DNA of 64,000 nucleotides from Escherichia coli (GCF_003334785.1 NZ_QOWV01000004.1), one strand, 5' to 3'; positions 1 to 9,215 are shown, counted from the stretch's first letter. Notes: generated by a model from the sequence alone, not told the origin. Numbers and translations: made by a program.

Positions 1-435
1 GAGCGCAGCCTCATTCAACGGGCCCTGAAAACCCTGGACCGCCATCTTCATGAACCCGGCGTGGCCTTCACCTCCACGCATGCGGCACGGGAATGGCTGA
101 TACTGAACATGGCGGGACTGGAGCGGGAAGAGTTCCGGGTGCTGTATCTGAACAACCAGAATCAGCTGATTGCCGGTGAAACCCTCTTCACTGGCACCAT
201 CAACCGCACAGAAGTCCATCCCCGGGAGGTGATTAAACGCGCCCTGTACCACAATGCCGCTGCCGTGGTGCTGGCGCACAATCACCCGTCCGGTGAAGTC
301 ATCCCCAGCAAGGCAGACCGCCTTATCACTGAGCGTCTGGTACAGGCACTGGCCCTGGTGGATATCCGGGTACCGGACCATCTGATAATCGGTGGCAGCC
401 AGGTTTTCTCCTTTGCGGAACACGGTCTGCTTTAA
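1..435 (+). CDS. RadC-like JAB/MPN-domain protein, 5'-truncated by window edge (YeeS/YfjY/YkfG family)
   Basis: Frame is open from position 1; JAMM-like motif HNHPSGEVIPSKAD present in translation; stop at 433-435; usual position upstream of yeeT-cbeA-cbtA in CP4-like elements. Confidence 0.85.
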   Translation, partial: ERSLIQRALKTLDRHLHEPGVAFTSTHAAREWLILNMAGLEREEFRVLYLNNQNQLIAGETLFTGTINRTEVHPREVIKRALYHNAAAVVLAHNHPSGEVIPSKADRLITERLVQALALVDIRVPDHLIIGGSQVFSFAEHGLL

Positions 436-521
436 CCCGTCACCGTCACAATCACCTTCATATCACTTCAGTTTCTCTTTCTCAGCTGTTTCTTACTTTC
501 ACATTCAGGAGGACTATTCTC

Positions 522-743
522 ATGAAAATCATCACCCGTGGTGAAGCCATGCGTATTCACCGTCAGCATCCTGCATCCCGTCTTTTTCCGTTCTGTACCG
601 GTAAATACCGCTGGCACGGTAGCACGGATACATATACCGGCCGTGAAGTACAGGATATTCCCGGTGTGCTGGCTGTGTTTGCAGAACGCCGGAAGGACAG
701 TTTTGGTCCGTATGTCCGGCTGATGAGCGTCACCCTGAACTGA
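522..743 (+). CDS. YeeT-like small protein (DUF987 family)
   Basis: 73-aa ORF MKIITRGEAMRIH..., recognised as YeeT/YfjZ-neighbour family by sequence memory; syntenic between radC-like and cbeA. Confidence 0.8.
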   Translation: MKIITRGEAMRIHRQHPASRLFPFCTGKYRWHGSTDTYTGREVQDIPGVLAVFAERRKDSFGPYVRLMSVTLN

Positions 744-822
744 GTCTGGAAGGGCATTCAGAAGAGCAGAATTATCGCCACCACCGGACCATTCTTAACC
801 AATTTTCTGTGAGGATTTTATC

Positions 823-1191
823 GTGTCAGACACACTCCCCGGGACAACGCTTCCCGACGACAATAACGACCGCACCTGGTGGGGACTGCCCTGCACCGTG
901 ACGCCCTGTTTTGGTGCCCGTCTGGTACAGGAAGGCAACCGGTTGCATTACCTTGCCGACCGCGCCGGTATCAGAGGGCGGTTCAGCGACGCGGATTCGT
1001 ACCACCTGGACCAGGCCTTTCCGCTGCTGATGAAACAACTGGAACTCATGCTCACCAGCGGTGAACTGAATCCCCGCCATCAGCATACCGTCACGCTGTA
1101 TGCAAAAGGGCTGACCTGCGAAGCCGACACCCTCGGCAGTTGTGGCTACGTTTATATGGCTGTTTATCCGACGCCCGAAACGAAAAAGTAA
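823..1191 (+). CDS. cbeA: CbeA/YeeU-family type IV antitoxin
   Basis: 122-aa ORF; sequence and position immediately upstream of cbtA-like toxin. Confidence 0.85.
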   Translation: MSDTLPGTTLPDDNNDRTWWGLPCTVTPCFGARLVQEGNRLHYLADRAGIRGRFSDADSYHLDQAFPLLMKQLELMLTSGELNPRHQHTVTLYAKGLTCEADTLGSCGYVYMAVYPTPETKK

Positions 1192-1280
1192 CTCTCCAGA
1201 ATAACCTTCTGCTCCGGCCTGGTGCTTTCACCACGCCACTTTTCCATTTTTCATCTCTGCATATCAGGAAAATCTTCAGT

Positions 1281-1658
1281 ATGAAAACATTACCTGTATT
1301 ACCCGGGCAGGCGGCCAGTTCACGCCCGTCTCCGGTTGAAATCTGGCAGACACTGCTCACCCGACTGCTGGATCAGCACTACGGCCTTACGCTGAATGAC
1401 ACACCGTTCGCTGATGAACGTGTGATTGAGCAGCATATTGAGGCAGGCATTTCACTGTGCGATGCGGTGAACTTTCTCGTTGAAAAATACGCACTGGTAC
1501 GTACCGACCAGCCGGGATTCAGCGCCTGTACCCGTTCTCAGTTAATAAACAGTATTGATATCCTCCGGGCACGCCGGGCAACCGGCCTGATGACACGCGA
1601 CAACTACAGAACGGTAAATAACATTACCCTGGGTAAACATCCGGGGGCGAAACAATGA
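1281..1658 (+). CDS. cbtA: CbtA/YeeV-family type IV toxin (cytoskeleton inhibitor)
   Basis: ATG at 1281 (internal start of the 1140..1658 track ORF), MKTLPVLPGQAASSRPSPVEIWQTLLTRLLDQHYGLTLNDTPFADE...; about 90-bp gap after cbeA as in known modules. Confidence 0.85.
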   Translation: MKTLPVLPGQAASSRPSPVEIWQTLLTRLLDQHYGLTLNDTPFADERVIEQHIEAGISLCDAVNFLVEKYALVRTDQPGFSACTRSQLINSIDILRARRATGLMTRDNYRTVNNITLGKHPGAKQ

Positions 1659-2077
1659 AACTGGCCCTGACGCTGGAAGCCGACAGCATTAATGCGCAGG
1701 CGCTGAACATGGGGCGCATTGTCGTTGACGTCGATGGTATTGAGCTCGCTGAACTGATTAACAAAGTCGCTGAAAACGGTTATTCACTCCGCGTGGTGAA
1801 TGAACGTGACGCTACCGAAACACCGGCGACTTCTGCCAGCCCTCATCAGTTGCCGGAAGACAATACAGTGATACAGAGCGTGATGCCATTAACCACTGAA
1901 ACAGCGCTGGATATCCTCATTGCGTGGCTGCAGGACAATATCGACTGCGAATCGGGAATTATCTTTGACAACGATGAGGATAAAACGGATTCGGTAGCAC
2001 TGTTGCCCTGTATCGAACAGGCCCGGGAGGATGTCCGTACTCTTCGTCATCTGCAGCTTCTGCACCAGAACCGGTAA
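1655..2077 (+). CDS. yeeW: YeeW-like protein
   Basis: 140-aa ORF overlapping cbtA stop by 4 nt (ATGA); recognised as YeeW-like by sequence memory. Confidence 0.75.
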   Translation: MKLALTLEADSINAQALNMGRIVVDVDGIELAELINKVAENGYSLRVVNERDATETPATSASPHQLPEDNTVIQSVMPLTTETALDILIAWLQDNIDCESGIIFDNDEDKTDSVALLPCIEQAREDVRTLRHLQLLHQNR

Positions 2078-2161
2078 ATATCACTCACCATACTTCATTC
2101 CACTGACGTCAGCCTGAACAGGGCTGGCGTTTTCGTTTATAAACCAAAAGGGAAACCGATA

Positions 2162-3004
2162 ATGTCAGACATCACAATCTCCCGTCCGGAAGTGGTCACC
2201 GGGCATACGGACGTTATCTGCTCAACCAGTATCCGCCACATTCTGGCTGTACGAAAGAGTACACTGCTGCAAATCGACACACTTATCCGGCAACTGGCTG
2301 AAATATCAGCAATGACAGAAAGTATTGGCGGTAAAGCCGCCCCGGACTGGGCCATGAAACAGGATTTTCGCTGCGGCTGCTGGCTGATGGAGAAACCGGA
2401 AACCGCAATGAAAGCCATCACACGCAATCTCGATCGCGAAATCTGGCGTGACCTGATGCAACGTTCAGGGATGCTTTCCTTAATGGATGCACAGGCCCGT
2501 GATACATGGTACCGGTCACTGGAGCACGATAATTTTCCGGAAATCAGTGAAGCGAACATTCTGAGCACATTTGAACAACTACACCAGAATAAGGATGAGG
2601 TGTTTGAGCGAGGGGTGATCAACGTCTTCAGGGGACTGAACTGGAATTACAAAACCAATTGCCCCTGCAAATTTGGCAGTAAAATTATCGTCAACAACCT
2701 AGTGAGGTGGGACCGGTGGGGGTTTCATCTTATCACCGGGCAACAGACTGACCGACTCGTCGACCTGGAAAGAATGCTACATCTGTTCAGCGGCAAACCG
2801 ATCCCCGACAACCGGGAAAACATCACTATTCGTCTGGATGGTCACATCCAGTCCGTTCAGGGTAAAGAGCGCTATGAAGACGAGATGTTCATCATTAAAT
2901 ACTTTAAGAAGGGATCTGCACACATCACTTTCAAAAGGCTGGAACTGATTGACAGAATTAACGATATAATAGCCAGGTACTTTCCTTCTGTGCTCTCAGC
3001 CTGA
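2162..3004 (+). CDS. Hypothetical 280-aa protein, island-terminal gene (possibly DUF4942 family)
   Basis: Intact ORF with AAGGGA ribosome-binding site before ATG at 2162; last gene before the tRNA-Phe 3' repeat; family assignment from memory only. Confidence 0.7.
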   Translation: MSDITISRPEVVTGHTDVICSTSIRHILAVRKSTLLQIDTLIRQLAEISAMTESIGGKAAPDWAMKQDFRCGCWLMEKPETAMKAITRNLDREIWRDLMQRSGMLSLMDAQARDTWYRSLEHDNFPEISEANILSTFEQLHQNKDEVFERGVINVFRGLNWNYKTNCPCKFGSKIIVNNLVRWDRWGFHLITGQQTDRLVDLERMLHLFSGKPIPDNRENITIRLDGHIQSVQGKERYEDEMFIIKYFKKGSAHITFKRLELIDRINDIIARYFPSVLSA

Positions 3005-3114
3005 TCCCGAGTGTGATTCCCTTTCGATATCAAAAGGGACTGCGGGTATAATTGAGGGTACATTTTTAATCAAACCAAATAAATTATATTAATATCAATA
3101 TGATAAAAGAAATT

Positions 3115-3136
3115 TTCGATTCCGAGTCCGGCACCA
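3115..3136 (+). repeat. attR-like direct repeat: copy of the 3' end of tRNA-Phe (ttcgattccgagtccggcacca)
   Basis: 22 nt match the tRNA-Phe T-arm/acceptor 3' end ending in CCA (appears to have one fewer G than the remembered canonical sequence); upstream 3061-3114 does not encode the rest of a tRNA. Confidence 0.65.
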
Positions 3137-3148
3137 CTAATTCTTAAG

Positions 3149-3179
3149 AACCCGCCCACAAGGCGGGTTTTTGCTTTTG
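3149..3179 (+). terminator. Rho-independent terminator (native pheV-type terminator context)
   Basis: Hairpin cccgcc-cacaag-ggcggg followed by tttttgctttt. Confidence 0.7.
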
Positions 3180-3284
3180 GATCTGACAATAACCTTCACG
3201 AAAAAAATTAGCTTATAAAGTCTGGGGGAATTACTCTCGCCACGTTAACGAGAGTAATTTTATTGATATTAATCTCCTGATACT

Positions 3285-3821
3285 TTACCCCCGTCCAAAC
3301 TCCAGCCGCTGCACATTCACCATCCCAGGCTTCTCAGCAGCACTGACATCAATTTGTGTCACCCGCAGCGCATATTTTTCATCCAGTGCGTTTAACCATT
3401 TCAGCAGGTCATTAAACACCACAGGTTCTATCCAGACCTGAATATTCTCCCCACGATCGGCTATCCGCCTGATGACCACCGAGTGCGCGGAAGCACTGTC
3501 ACTGATGACCCGCGATACCTGCGCAGGCGTTGTTGTGGCAGATTTTCGCGCTGCAATAATATCCGGCGCGGCGTTCTTCAGTCGGGTGTTCATCGCCACC
3601 AGCTGCTGCAATATTGTCTCCTGTTGCTCAATCCGTTCGCTCAACGGCTGCCAGATGAGGACGTAATATCCGACGCTAAACAGGAACACCACCGCTGCCA
3701 GTAACATGCCCTTTTCACGCGGAGAACGCCCCGCCAGGTGTTGTGCCAGCCAGTGTTCGCCACGGCTTAACTGGCGTTCACGCCATTGCTGAAAATAGTG
3801 AATAAATTTATCGCGTAACAT
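3285..3821 (-). CDS. yghD: Type II secretion GspM-like protein (YghD-like)
   Basis: 178-aa ORF with N-terminal membrane helix and GspM-like pattern (W.PL.ER ... VWI.P..F ... RLEFGRG). Confidence 0.8.
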   Translation of the reverse strand: MLRDKFIHYFQQWRERQLSRGEHWLAQHLAGRSPREKGMLLAAVVFLFSVGYYVLIWQPLSERIEQQETILQQLVAMNTRLKNAAPDIIAARKSATTTPAQVSRVISDSASAHSVVIRRIADRGENIQVWIEPVVFNDLLKWLNALDEKYALRVTQIDVSAAEKPGMVNVQRLEFGRG

Positions 3822-3822
3822 G

Positions 3823-5268
3823 TTATTTCCTCCGCAACGTTACGCCGCCGGAAACCGCATCACCCTCTTTCTGTAACCCACCGCCGTCCACCACCATCGT
3901 CCCTGCAACTGCAGACGAGAGGACGTGTGTTGTGGAGACGGGCATCCCAATATAACTGGCAAGACCGATAGACACTGCCGCCGTCATTTGTGCCGCCATG
4001 CCTTGCGCATACGTCATGCCGCGCTTACCAATCTTCTCACCGATGGTCATCGCTACACGACGCCAGCCAATCATGGTGCCAATGCCGAGCGCCAGTGCTA
4101 CCGCCATGATGATCCACACCGGAGCGTACTCAATGGTGCTTAACATATCGCTGCGAAGTTTTTTCAGCAGGTTCTGGTCTTCTTTACTGACGCCTGGCAG
4201 TTTCGCTAGCTTCGCGGAGGTATCAGAGATGCACAGCATAATGCGGCGCAGCTGGCTGCGCTGACTCACGCTTAACGGCTCGTAACTTTCCATATTGCCT
4301 GGCAGCATCGTTTTAACGCGCGCAATAGCATCAAAGGTATTTGCCGGATGACAGTGAAACTCTGTTACTTGCGTGCCATCAGTCGATGCTGCAGGCAATG
4401 GAGGTTCCATCGCAATCAACTTCTGCGGCAGTTCAGGATGCTGTTGCAGGTAGTGTTCGAAGTTGGTAACGGCATCGCGGGTACGGGTAATTTCATAGCC
4501 GGACGCATTCATATTGACGACGAAGCCAGCAGGGGCAATCCCCACCAGTACCAGCATTACCAGGCCGATCCCTTTTTGTCCGTCGTTCGCGCCGTGCGAA
4601 AACGCCACGCCCGCAGCGGAAACAATCAGCGCAATACGCGTCCAGAATGGCGGTTTACGTTTGCCTTTTTTCTTTTTGCGATCTTCCGGAATGCGGTGAA
4701 TACGGTCACGCTTTTTCGTCCCGCTCCAGTAGCGTCGCAGCAGGAATATCAGGCCTCCCGCAATGACCAGGCCGACGATAGGGGAAACAATCAGCGAGGA
4801 GAAAATTTTGGTCACTTCACGCAGGTTTAACGCATCCATCACCGATGAGCCGGTTAACAGCGCGTTGGTTAAACCGATGCCGATAATCGCACCAATCAAG
4901 GTGTGCGAACTGGAGGCCGGTAAACCGAAGAACCACGTTCCCAGGTTCCAGATAATCGCCGCCAGCAGCATGGAAAAGACCATCGCCAGGCCGTGGGTTG
5001 ACCCCATATTCAGCAACAAATCGGTTGGCAACATATGGACAATGGCATAGGCAACGCTAAGTCCGCCCAATAACACGCCAAAAAAGTTAAAAAATGCCGC
5101 CATCACCACAGCAAGTTGTGGTTGCATGGCACGAGTATAAATAACGGCTGCCACCGCATTCGCCGTGTCATGAAAACCATTGATTGCTTCGTAGAACAAC
5201 ACAAATGCCAGAGCAAGCAATAACAAAAGCCCTGTGTATATATCAAGGCCAACAAATAAATTTAGCAT
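3823..5268 (-). CDS. pitB: Low-affinity phosphate transporter PitB-like, C-terminus altered and shortened (481 aa)
   Basis: Pit-family sequence throughout; last ~15 aa ([15 protein letters not shown]) replace the expected final segment after ...VVDGGGLQ; stop codon sits 1 nt from the gspM-like start. Confidence 0.8.
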   Translation of the reverse strand: MLNLFVGLDIYTGLLLLLALAFVLFYEAINGFHDTANAVAAVIYTRAMQPQLAVVMAAFFNFFGVLLGGLSVAYAIVHMLPTDLLLNMGSTHGLAMVFSMLLAAIIWNLGTWFFGLPASSSHTLIGAIIGIGLTNALLTGSSVMDALNLREVTKIFSSLIVSPIVGLVIAGGLIFLLRRYWSGTKKRDRIHRIPEDRKKKKGKRKPPFWTRIALIVSAAGVAFSHGANDGQKGIGLVMLVLVGIAPAGFVVNMNASGYEITRTRDAVTNFEHYLQQHPELPQKLIAMEPPLPAASTDGTQVTEFHCHPANTFDAIARVKTMLPGNMESYEPLSVSQRSQLRRIMLCISDTSAKLAKLPGVSKEDQNLLKKLRSDMLSTIEYAPVWIIMAVALALGIGTMIGWRRVAMTIGEKIGKRGMTYAQGMAAQMTAAVSIGLASYIGMPVSTTHVLSSAVAGTMVVDGGGLQKEGDAVSGGVTLRRK

Positions 5269-5509
5269 ATATTAGATTACGCCATTTTGAATTTACGAAC
5301 GGACGCATTATCAGTGACTTTAACGGCATGGGCAAAGTGAAATATCATTTTTTAACGATAAAAAGAGTGTTATTTCTTGTGTATCAGACAATAAGCATTC
5401 ATTCAAAACCTTTAGAAATAATCAAAACACAGGTATTCCACTGGTTAATATATTCACATATGAAATGAATAAATATTGGAATATATAAATATTGAATATT
5501 TTGATTAAT

Positions 5510-5544
5510 CCCCGTACTGATTATTCTTCATAATCAGTACGGGG
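5510..5544 (-). terminator. Hairpin terminator downstream of gss
   Basis: Perfect 15-bp inverted repeat ccccgtactgattat / ataatcagtacgggg with 5-nt loop, AT-rich flank. Confidence 0.55.
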
Positions 5545-5559
5545 TTGCTACAACATGTA

Positions 5560-7419
5560 TTACTTTTTCACCACAATTAACGGTTCAATATCACTCTCTT
5601 TTTTGATGACCAGTGATTCATCACCGCGCAAACACGTCCCACCGTAGTTGCCGCCAACGGTGAAGGTACATACCTGAATGTATTTACCGTCCACTTTCGG
5701 CAAACACCACAGTTGCTGATAGATGTTTTTCTGCTCGGCAAATTTACCGCTGGTTTTGTCCAGCACCTCTTCATGATGGCTGACGAGGTCGATATTGCTG
5801 CCACAGCGACCGGCGATCGGTTTCACTGCGTAACCTGTTTTCACCAGTTCATCATTAACAGTGAAATCGGTATCCAGCAGGTAACGATGGTGCGGGAACA
5901 GCGACCAGAGGATCGGCAGAATCGCTTTGTTGCCGGGGATCACCGTCCACAGCGGCTCAAAGACCAGCACTTCCGGGCGCAGCAATACGTCGATAAGACG
6001 CACTTCGTTTTGCGGATGACCGGTACGGATTGGCACCGCAGCAAACTCACGGTCGCTAACTTCACGAATCTGATCAAACGCGGTTTCCCACGCCCAGGTT
6101 TTCCACACGCAGTTAACCAGTCGCCCTTCCCCATCAATCAGTTGCCCGGCAGCATCCCAGCCCAGTTCATCCAATCCACGCAAGATACGCGTTTCAAAGC
6201 CCGCCTGGTGCAGCGCCTGCTCCATAAACTGCGCGTGATAGTTTTCCTCGATATCTTTGTCCTGCATGATATGGACAAACGGACGTGCACGACTGTGTTT
6301 CCAGGCACCAGCCAATTCGTTAATCAGCCCTTCCGCCGGATTGAAGCCGTTGCCTTTATAGCCCTGCTCCGCCCAACGTTCGAGGATCAAGCCCGCTTCG
6401 GTATGACAGGAGGCGGAGTCGGCGTTGTACTCGTAAACCTTCAGGCCACGCTCATCCATGCAGAAATCCATACGACCAGTGATCATATGGTGACGGCGAC
6501 GCTGCCAGGAGAGACGCAAACGTGGCCAGAGGATTTTCGGGATGTCGAACAGCGCCAGCAGGTTGTCATCTTTCAGCACCTTGTCGGTTGCGTGAAGATA
6601 CATCAGGTGCAGCTCGTTGGTGGCTTTAATTAGCTCCTGCTCGGCACTCTCGGTAATGGTGTAGTAATGATAAGGATCCTGATTGATCACCTGACCGTTG
6701 GCCTGCACATAGGCGTTTTGCAGCGGATCTTTTTCATCCAGCCATTTACCGTCAAACTGGCCTTTGTTTTCCAGGCGCGCTCCGCTGATTTTCAGCAGCT
6801 CGCCTGCAATTTCCGGCTGCGGTAAGCTGTATTCAGTATCTTCCGTCTGGATCATCCAGCCCAGAATGGTGGTGTCATCAAAAGTGTCTTTCAGGGTATA
6901 GCAGCCGTTTTCGACCACCATCTCCAGCTCGCGCGTCCACTGTTGCCCTTGCGGCAACGGGGAATGAATCACGTTCTGTTCCGCAATACGGACTTTGTTG
7001 CCATGCAATTGGGTAATGATGGCGACATGGCCAGTGTCTTTAAATTCACCGCCTTTATCCCAGATAAGAAGCGCACCCGCGACCGGCGCACGCGGCGAGC
7101 CGTTAGGAAATGCCTGCAATGGCAGGATGTTGTCATTAACCACTTCTCGCAGGAAGCGCAGCGAGAAAATCTCCCACGCCATACCCACGTCAGTAAAGAC
7201 CACACCGTAATTCAGAAAGAGAAAACGGCGAGCAAATTCAACGCATTGCCACTTGTGGCCCATATATTCGTCGTCGATATAGCTACGGAATACGGCGTCA
7301 TCTTCGTATTCCTGCGGATCGAGAGAACTGTAATCTGAAGAGTAGATTGCTACCCCACCTGGGGCGTAGCCCAATAATGTCCCGAACGGGGCATCCTGGC
7401 TGGTCGTTCCTTTGCTCAT
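5560..7419 (-). CDS. gss: Bifunctional glutathionylspermidine synthetase/amidase
   Basis: 619-aa ORF starting MSKGTTSQDAPFGTLLGYAPGG... Confidence 0.95.
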   Translation of the reverse strand: MSKGTTSQDAPFGTLLGYAPGGVAIYSSDYSSLDPQEYEDDAVFRSYIDDEYMGHKWQCVEFARRFLFLNYGVVFTDVGMAWEIFSLRFLREVVNDNILPLQAFPNGSPRAPVAGALLIWDKGGEFKDTGHVAIITQLHGNKVRIAEQNVIHSPLPQGQQWTRELEMVVENGCYTLKDTFDDTTILGWMIQTEDTEYSLPQPEIAGELLKISGARLENKGQFDGKWLDEKDPLQNAYVQANGQVINQDPYHYYTITESAEQELIKATNELHLMYLHATDKVLKDDNLLALFDIPKILWPRLRLSWQRRRHHMITGRMDFCMDERGLKVYEYNADSASCHTEAGLILERWAEQGYKGNGFNPAEGLINELAGAWKHSRARPFVHIMQDKDIEENYHAQFMEQALHQAGFETRILRGLDELGWDAAGQLIDGEGRLVNCVWKTWAWETAFDQIREVSDREFAAVPIRTGHPQNEVRLIDVLLRPEVLVFEPLWTVIPGNKAILPILWSLFPHHRYLLDTDFTVNDELVKTGYAVKPIAGRCGSNIDLVSHHEEVLDKTSGKFAEQKNIYQQLWCLPKVDGKYIQVCTFTVGGNYGGTCLRGDESLVIKKESDIEPLIVVKK

Positions 7420-7623
7420 CACTTTACCTTTAACAATACAACCTAAGCAGTTGGCGTAATTGTTGTGCTCTGATTACCTGCTCAGCGACATTAACCGGAC
7501 AGAGGTCAGACTAATCATACACCTCATCGCAGCGGCTGGCGCAAAGGGTTAAAAAATTCACATTCTGTACAGCAAGTGACCTGCTACACTGCTTCAACAC
7601 TACCACTCAGAAGGCAACTCACT

Positions 7624-8490
7624 ATGACAGACAATACTTATCAGCCCGCGAAAGTCTGGACGTGGGATAAATCCGCTGGCGGCGCGTTCGCCAATATCAA
7701 TCGCCCGGTTTCTGGTCCGACGCATGAAAAAACGCTGCCCGTTGGCAAACACCCATTGCAACTTTATTCGCTGGGAACGCCGAACGGTCAGAAAGTAACG
7801 ATTATGCTTGAGGAGCTGCTGGCGCTGGGCGTTACTGGTGTAGAGTACGACGCCTGGCTGATTCGTATTGGCGATGGCGATCAATTCTCCAGCGGCTTTG
7901 TCGAAGTGAACCCAAACTCGAAGATCCCGGCGCTGCGCGATCATACGCATAATCCGCCGATCCGCGTGTTTGAATCTGGTTCGATCCTGCTTTATCTGGC
8001 GGAGAAATTTGGCTACTTCCTGCCGCAGGATTTGGCAAAGCGTACTGAAACGATGAACTGGCTGTTCTGGTTACAGGGCGCGGCACCGTTCCTCGGCGGT
8101 GGTTTTGGTCACTTTTACCATTACGCACCGGTAAAGATTGAGTACGCCATCAACCGCTTTACCATGGAAGCCAAACGTCTGCTCGACGTGCTGGATAAGC
8201 AACTGGCGAAGCATAAGTTTGTTGCGGGCGATGAGTACACCATTGCGGATATGGCGATTTGGCCGTGGTTTGGCAACGTGGTGTTAGGTGGTGTGTATGA
8301 TGCCGCTGAGTTTCTTGATGCGGGCAGTTATAAGCATGTACAACGCTGGGCGAAAGAAGTAGGCGAACGTCCGGCGGTGAAACGTGGGCGTATTGTTAAC
8401 CGCACCAACGGACCGCTGAATGAGCAGTTGCATGAGCGCCATGACGCCAGTGATTTCGAGACGAATACGGAAGATAAGCGTCAGGGGTAA
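7624..8490 (+). CDS. yghU: Glutathione S-transferase-like disulfide reductase YghU
   Basis: 288-aa ORF from internal ATG (MTDNTYQPAKVWTWDK...). Confidence 0.93.
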   Translation: MTDNTYQPAKVWTWDKSAGGAFANINRPVSGPTHEKTLPVGKHPLQLYSLGTPNGQKVTIMLEELLALGVTGVEYDAWLIRIGDGDQFSSGFVEVNPNSKIPALRDHTHNPPIRVFESGSILLYLAEKFGYFLPQDLAKRTETMNWLFWLQGAAPFLGGGFGHFYHYAPVKIEYAINRFTMEAKRLLDVLDKQLAKHKFVAGDEYTIADMAIWPWFGNVVLGGVYDAAEFLDAGSYKHVQRWAKEVGERPAVKRGRIVNRTNGPLNEQLHERHDASDFETNTEDKRQG

Positions 8491-8497
8491 GGGTTGG

Positions 8498-8610
8498 TGT
8501 TCGTCGCAGCAAGCCATCCAGGCCGGATAAGGCGTTCACGCCGCATCCGGCAATCGTGCACAATGCCTGATGCGACGCTGCCGCGTCTTATCAGGCCTAC
8601 GAAAGCTAAT
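8498..8610. repeat. REP (repetitive extragenic palindrome) elements
   Basis: gccggataaggcgttcacgccgcatccggca and gcctgatgcgacgctgccgcgtcttatcaggcctac motifs. Confidence 0.8.
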
Positions 8611-8612
8611 CA

Positions 8613-8861
8613 TCACGCGCTGGTAATGTCGTAATCCATTTGGCGCAGTGCGTCTAATGTGGCTTTGGCTTCATCTTCGTCGATGATGCTCATGGCAAAT
8701 CCGACGTGTACCAGCACCCACTGGCCCAGTAGATCGGCAGGGTTACCTTCACAAATCAGGGCGATATTCACATCGCGCTTGATACCACATACTTCAACCT
8801 GCGCAAGCTGGTGAATATCTTCACCGACAGCCAGCACCTGGCCTGGAACGCCAATACACAT
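8613..8861 (-). CDS. hybG: Hydrogenase maturation chaperone HybG (HypC family)
   Basis: 82-aa ORF beginning MCIGVPGQV... Confidence 0.95.
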
Positions 8862-8873
8862 TATTAACTCCGG

Positions 8874-9215
8874 TTATTCAACTTCAATACTTTTGACGAT
8901 CAGCGAATCGCCGGTATCGACACGCAACCGCTCGCCGTGACAGAGCGGACACTGCGCATCGTGCTGATGAATCTCCACCACCTGGCTGCAATCCCAGCAC
9001 CAAGCCTGGGCGGGTTTATAGACGATATGTAAATCGCACCCTTGCGCCACCGTTCCGTGGCAGACAATTTCAAAACTAAAACGGACGGCGCTCTCCTCAA
9101 CGCAGGAGAGCGCGCCAATTTCCAGCCACACGGCGGTGACGCGCTTAACATCGTGCTGCTCCGCCTGCCGTTGGATAATTTCAACGGCGCTCTGGCAAAG
9201 AGACAACTCATGCAT
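8874..9215 (-). CDS. hybF: Hydrogenase nickel incorporation protein HybF (HypA family)
   Basis: 113 aa from internal Met MHELSLCQSAVEI...; CxxC zinc motifs. Confidence 0.93.
   Translation of the reverse strand: MHELSLCQSAVEIIQRQAEQHDVKRVTAVWLEIGALSCVEESAVRFSFEIVCHGTVAQGCDLHIVYKPAQAWCWDCSQVVEIHQHDAQCPLCHGERLRVDTGDSLIVKSIEVE

Noticed and set aside
3061-3136. An intact tRNA-Phe gene at the island boundary
   Set aside because: Only the last ~22 nt match the tRNA 3' end. The upstream 54 nt are AT-rich and cannot form the D and anticodon arms, so this is a partial att-type repeat.
5713-6633. 306-aa ORF on the plus strand inside gss
   Set aside because: It is antisense to a well-supported 619-aa gene. 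Long antisense ORFs are common in GC-rich coding DNA, and it has no ribosome-binding site or recognisable protein features.
8498-8610. Possible CRISPR-like array from repeated palindromic motifs (also at 19505-19710)
   Set aside because: These are REP/BIME units with inverted orientation and no regular repeat-spacer periodicity. No cas genes are present in the window.
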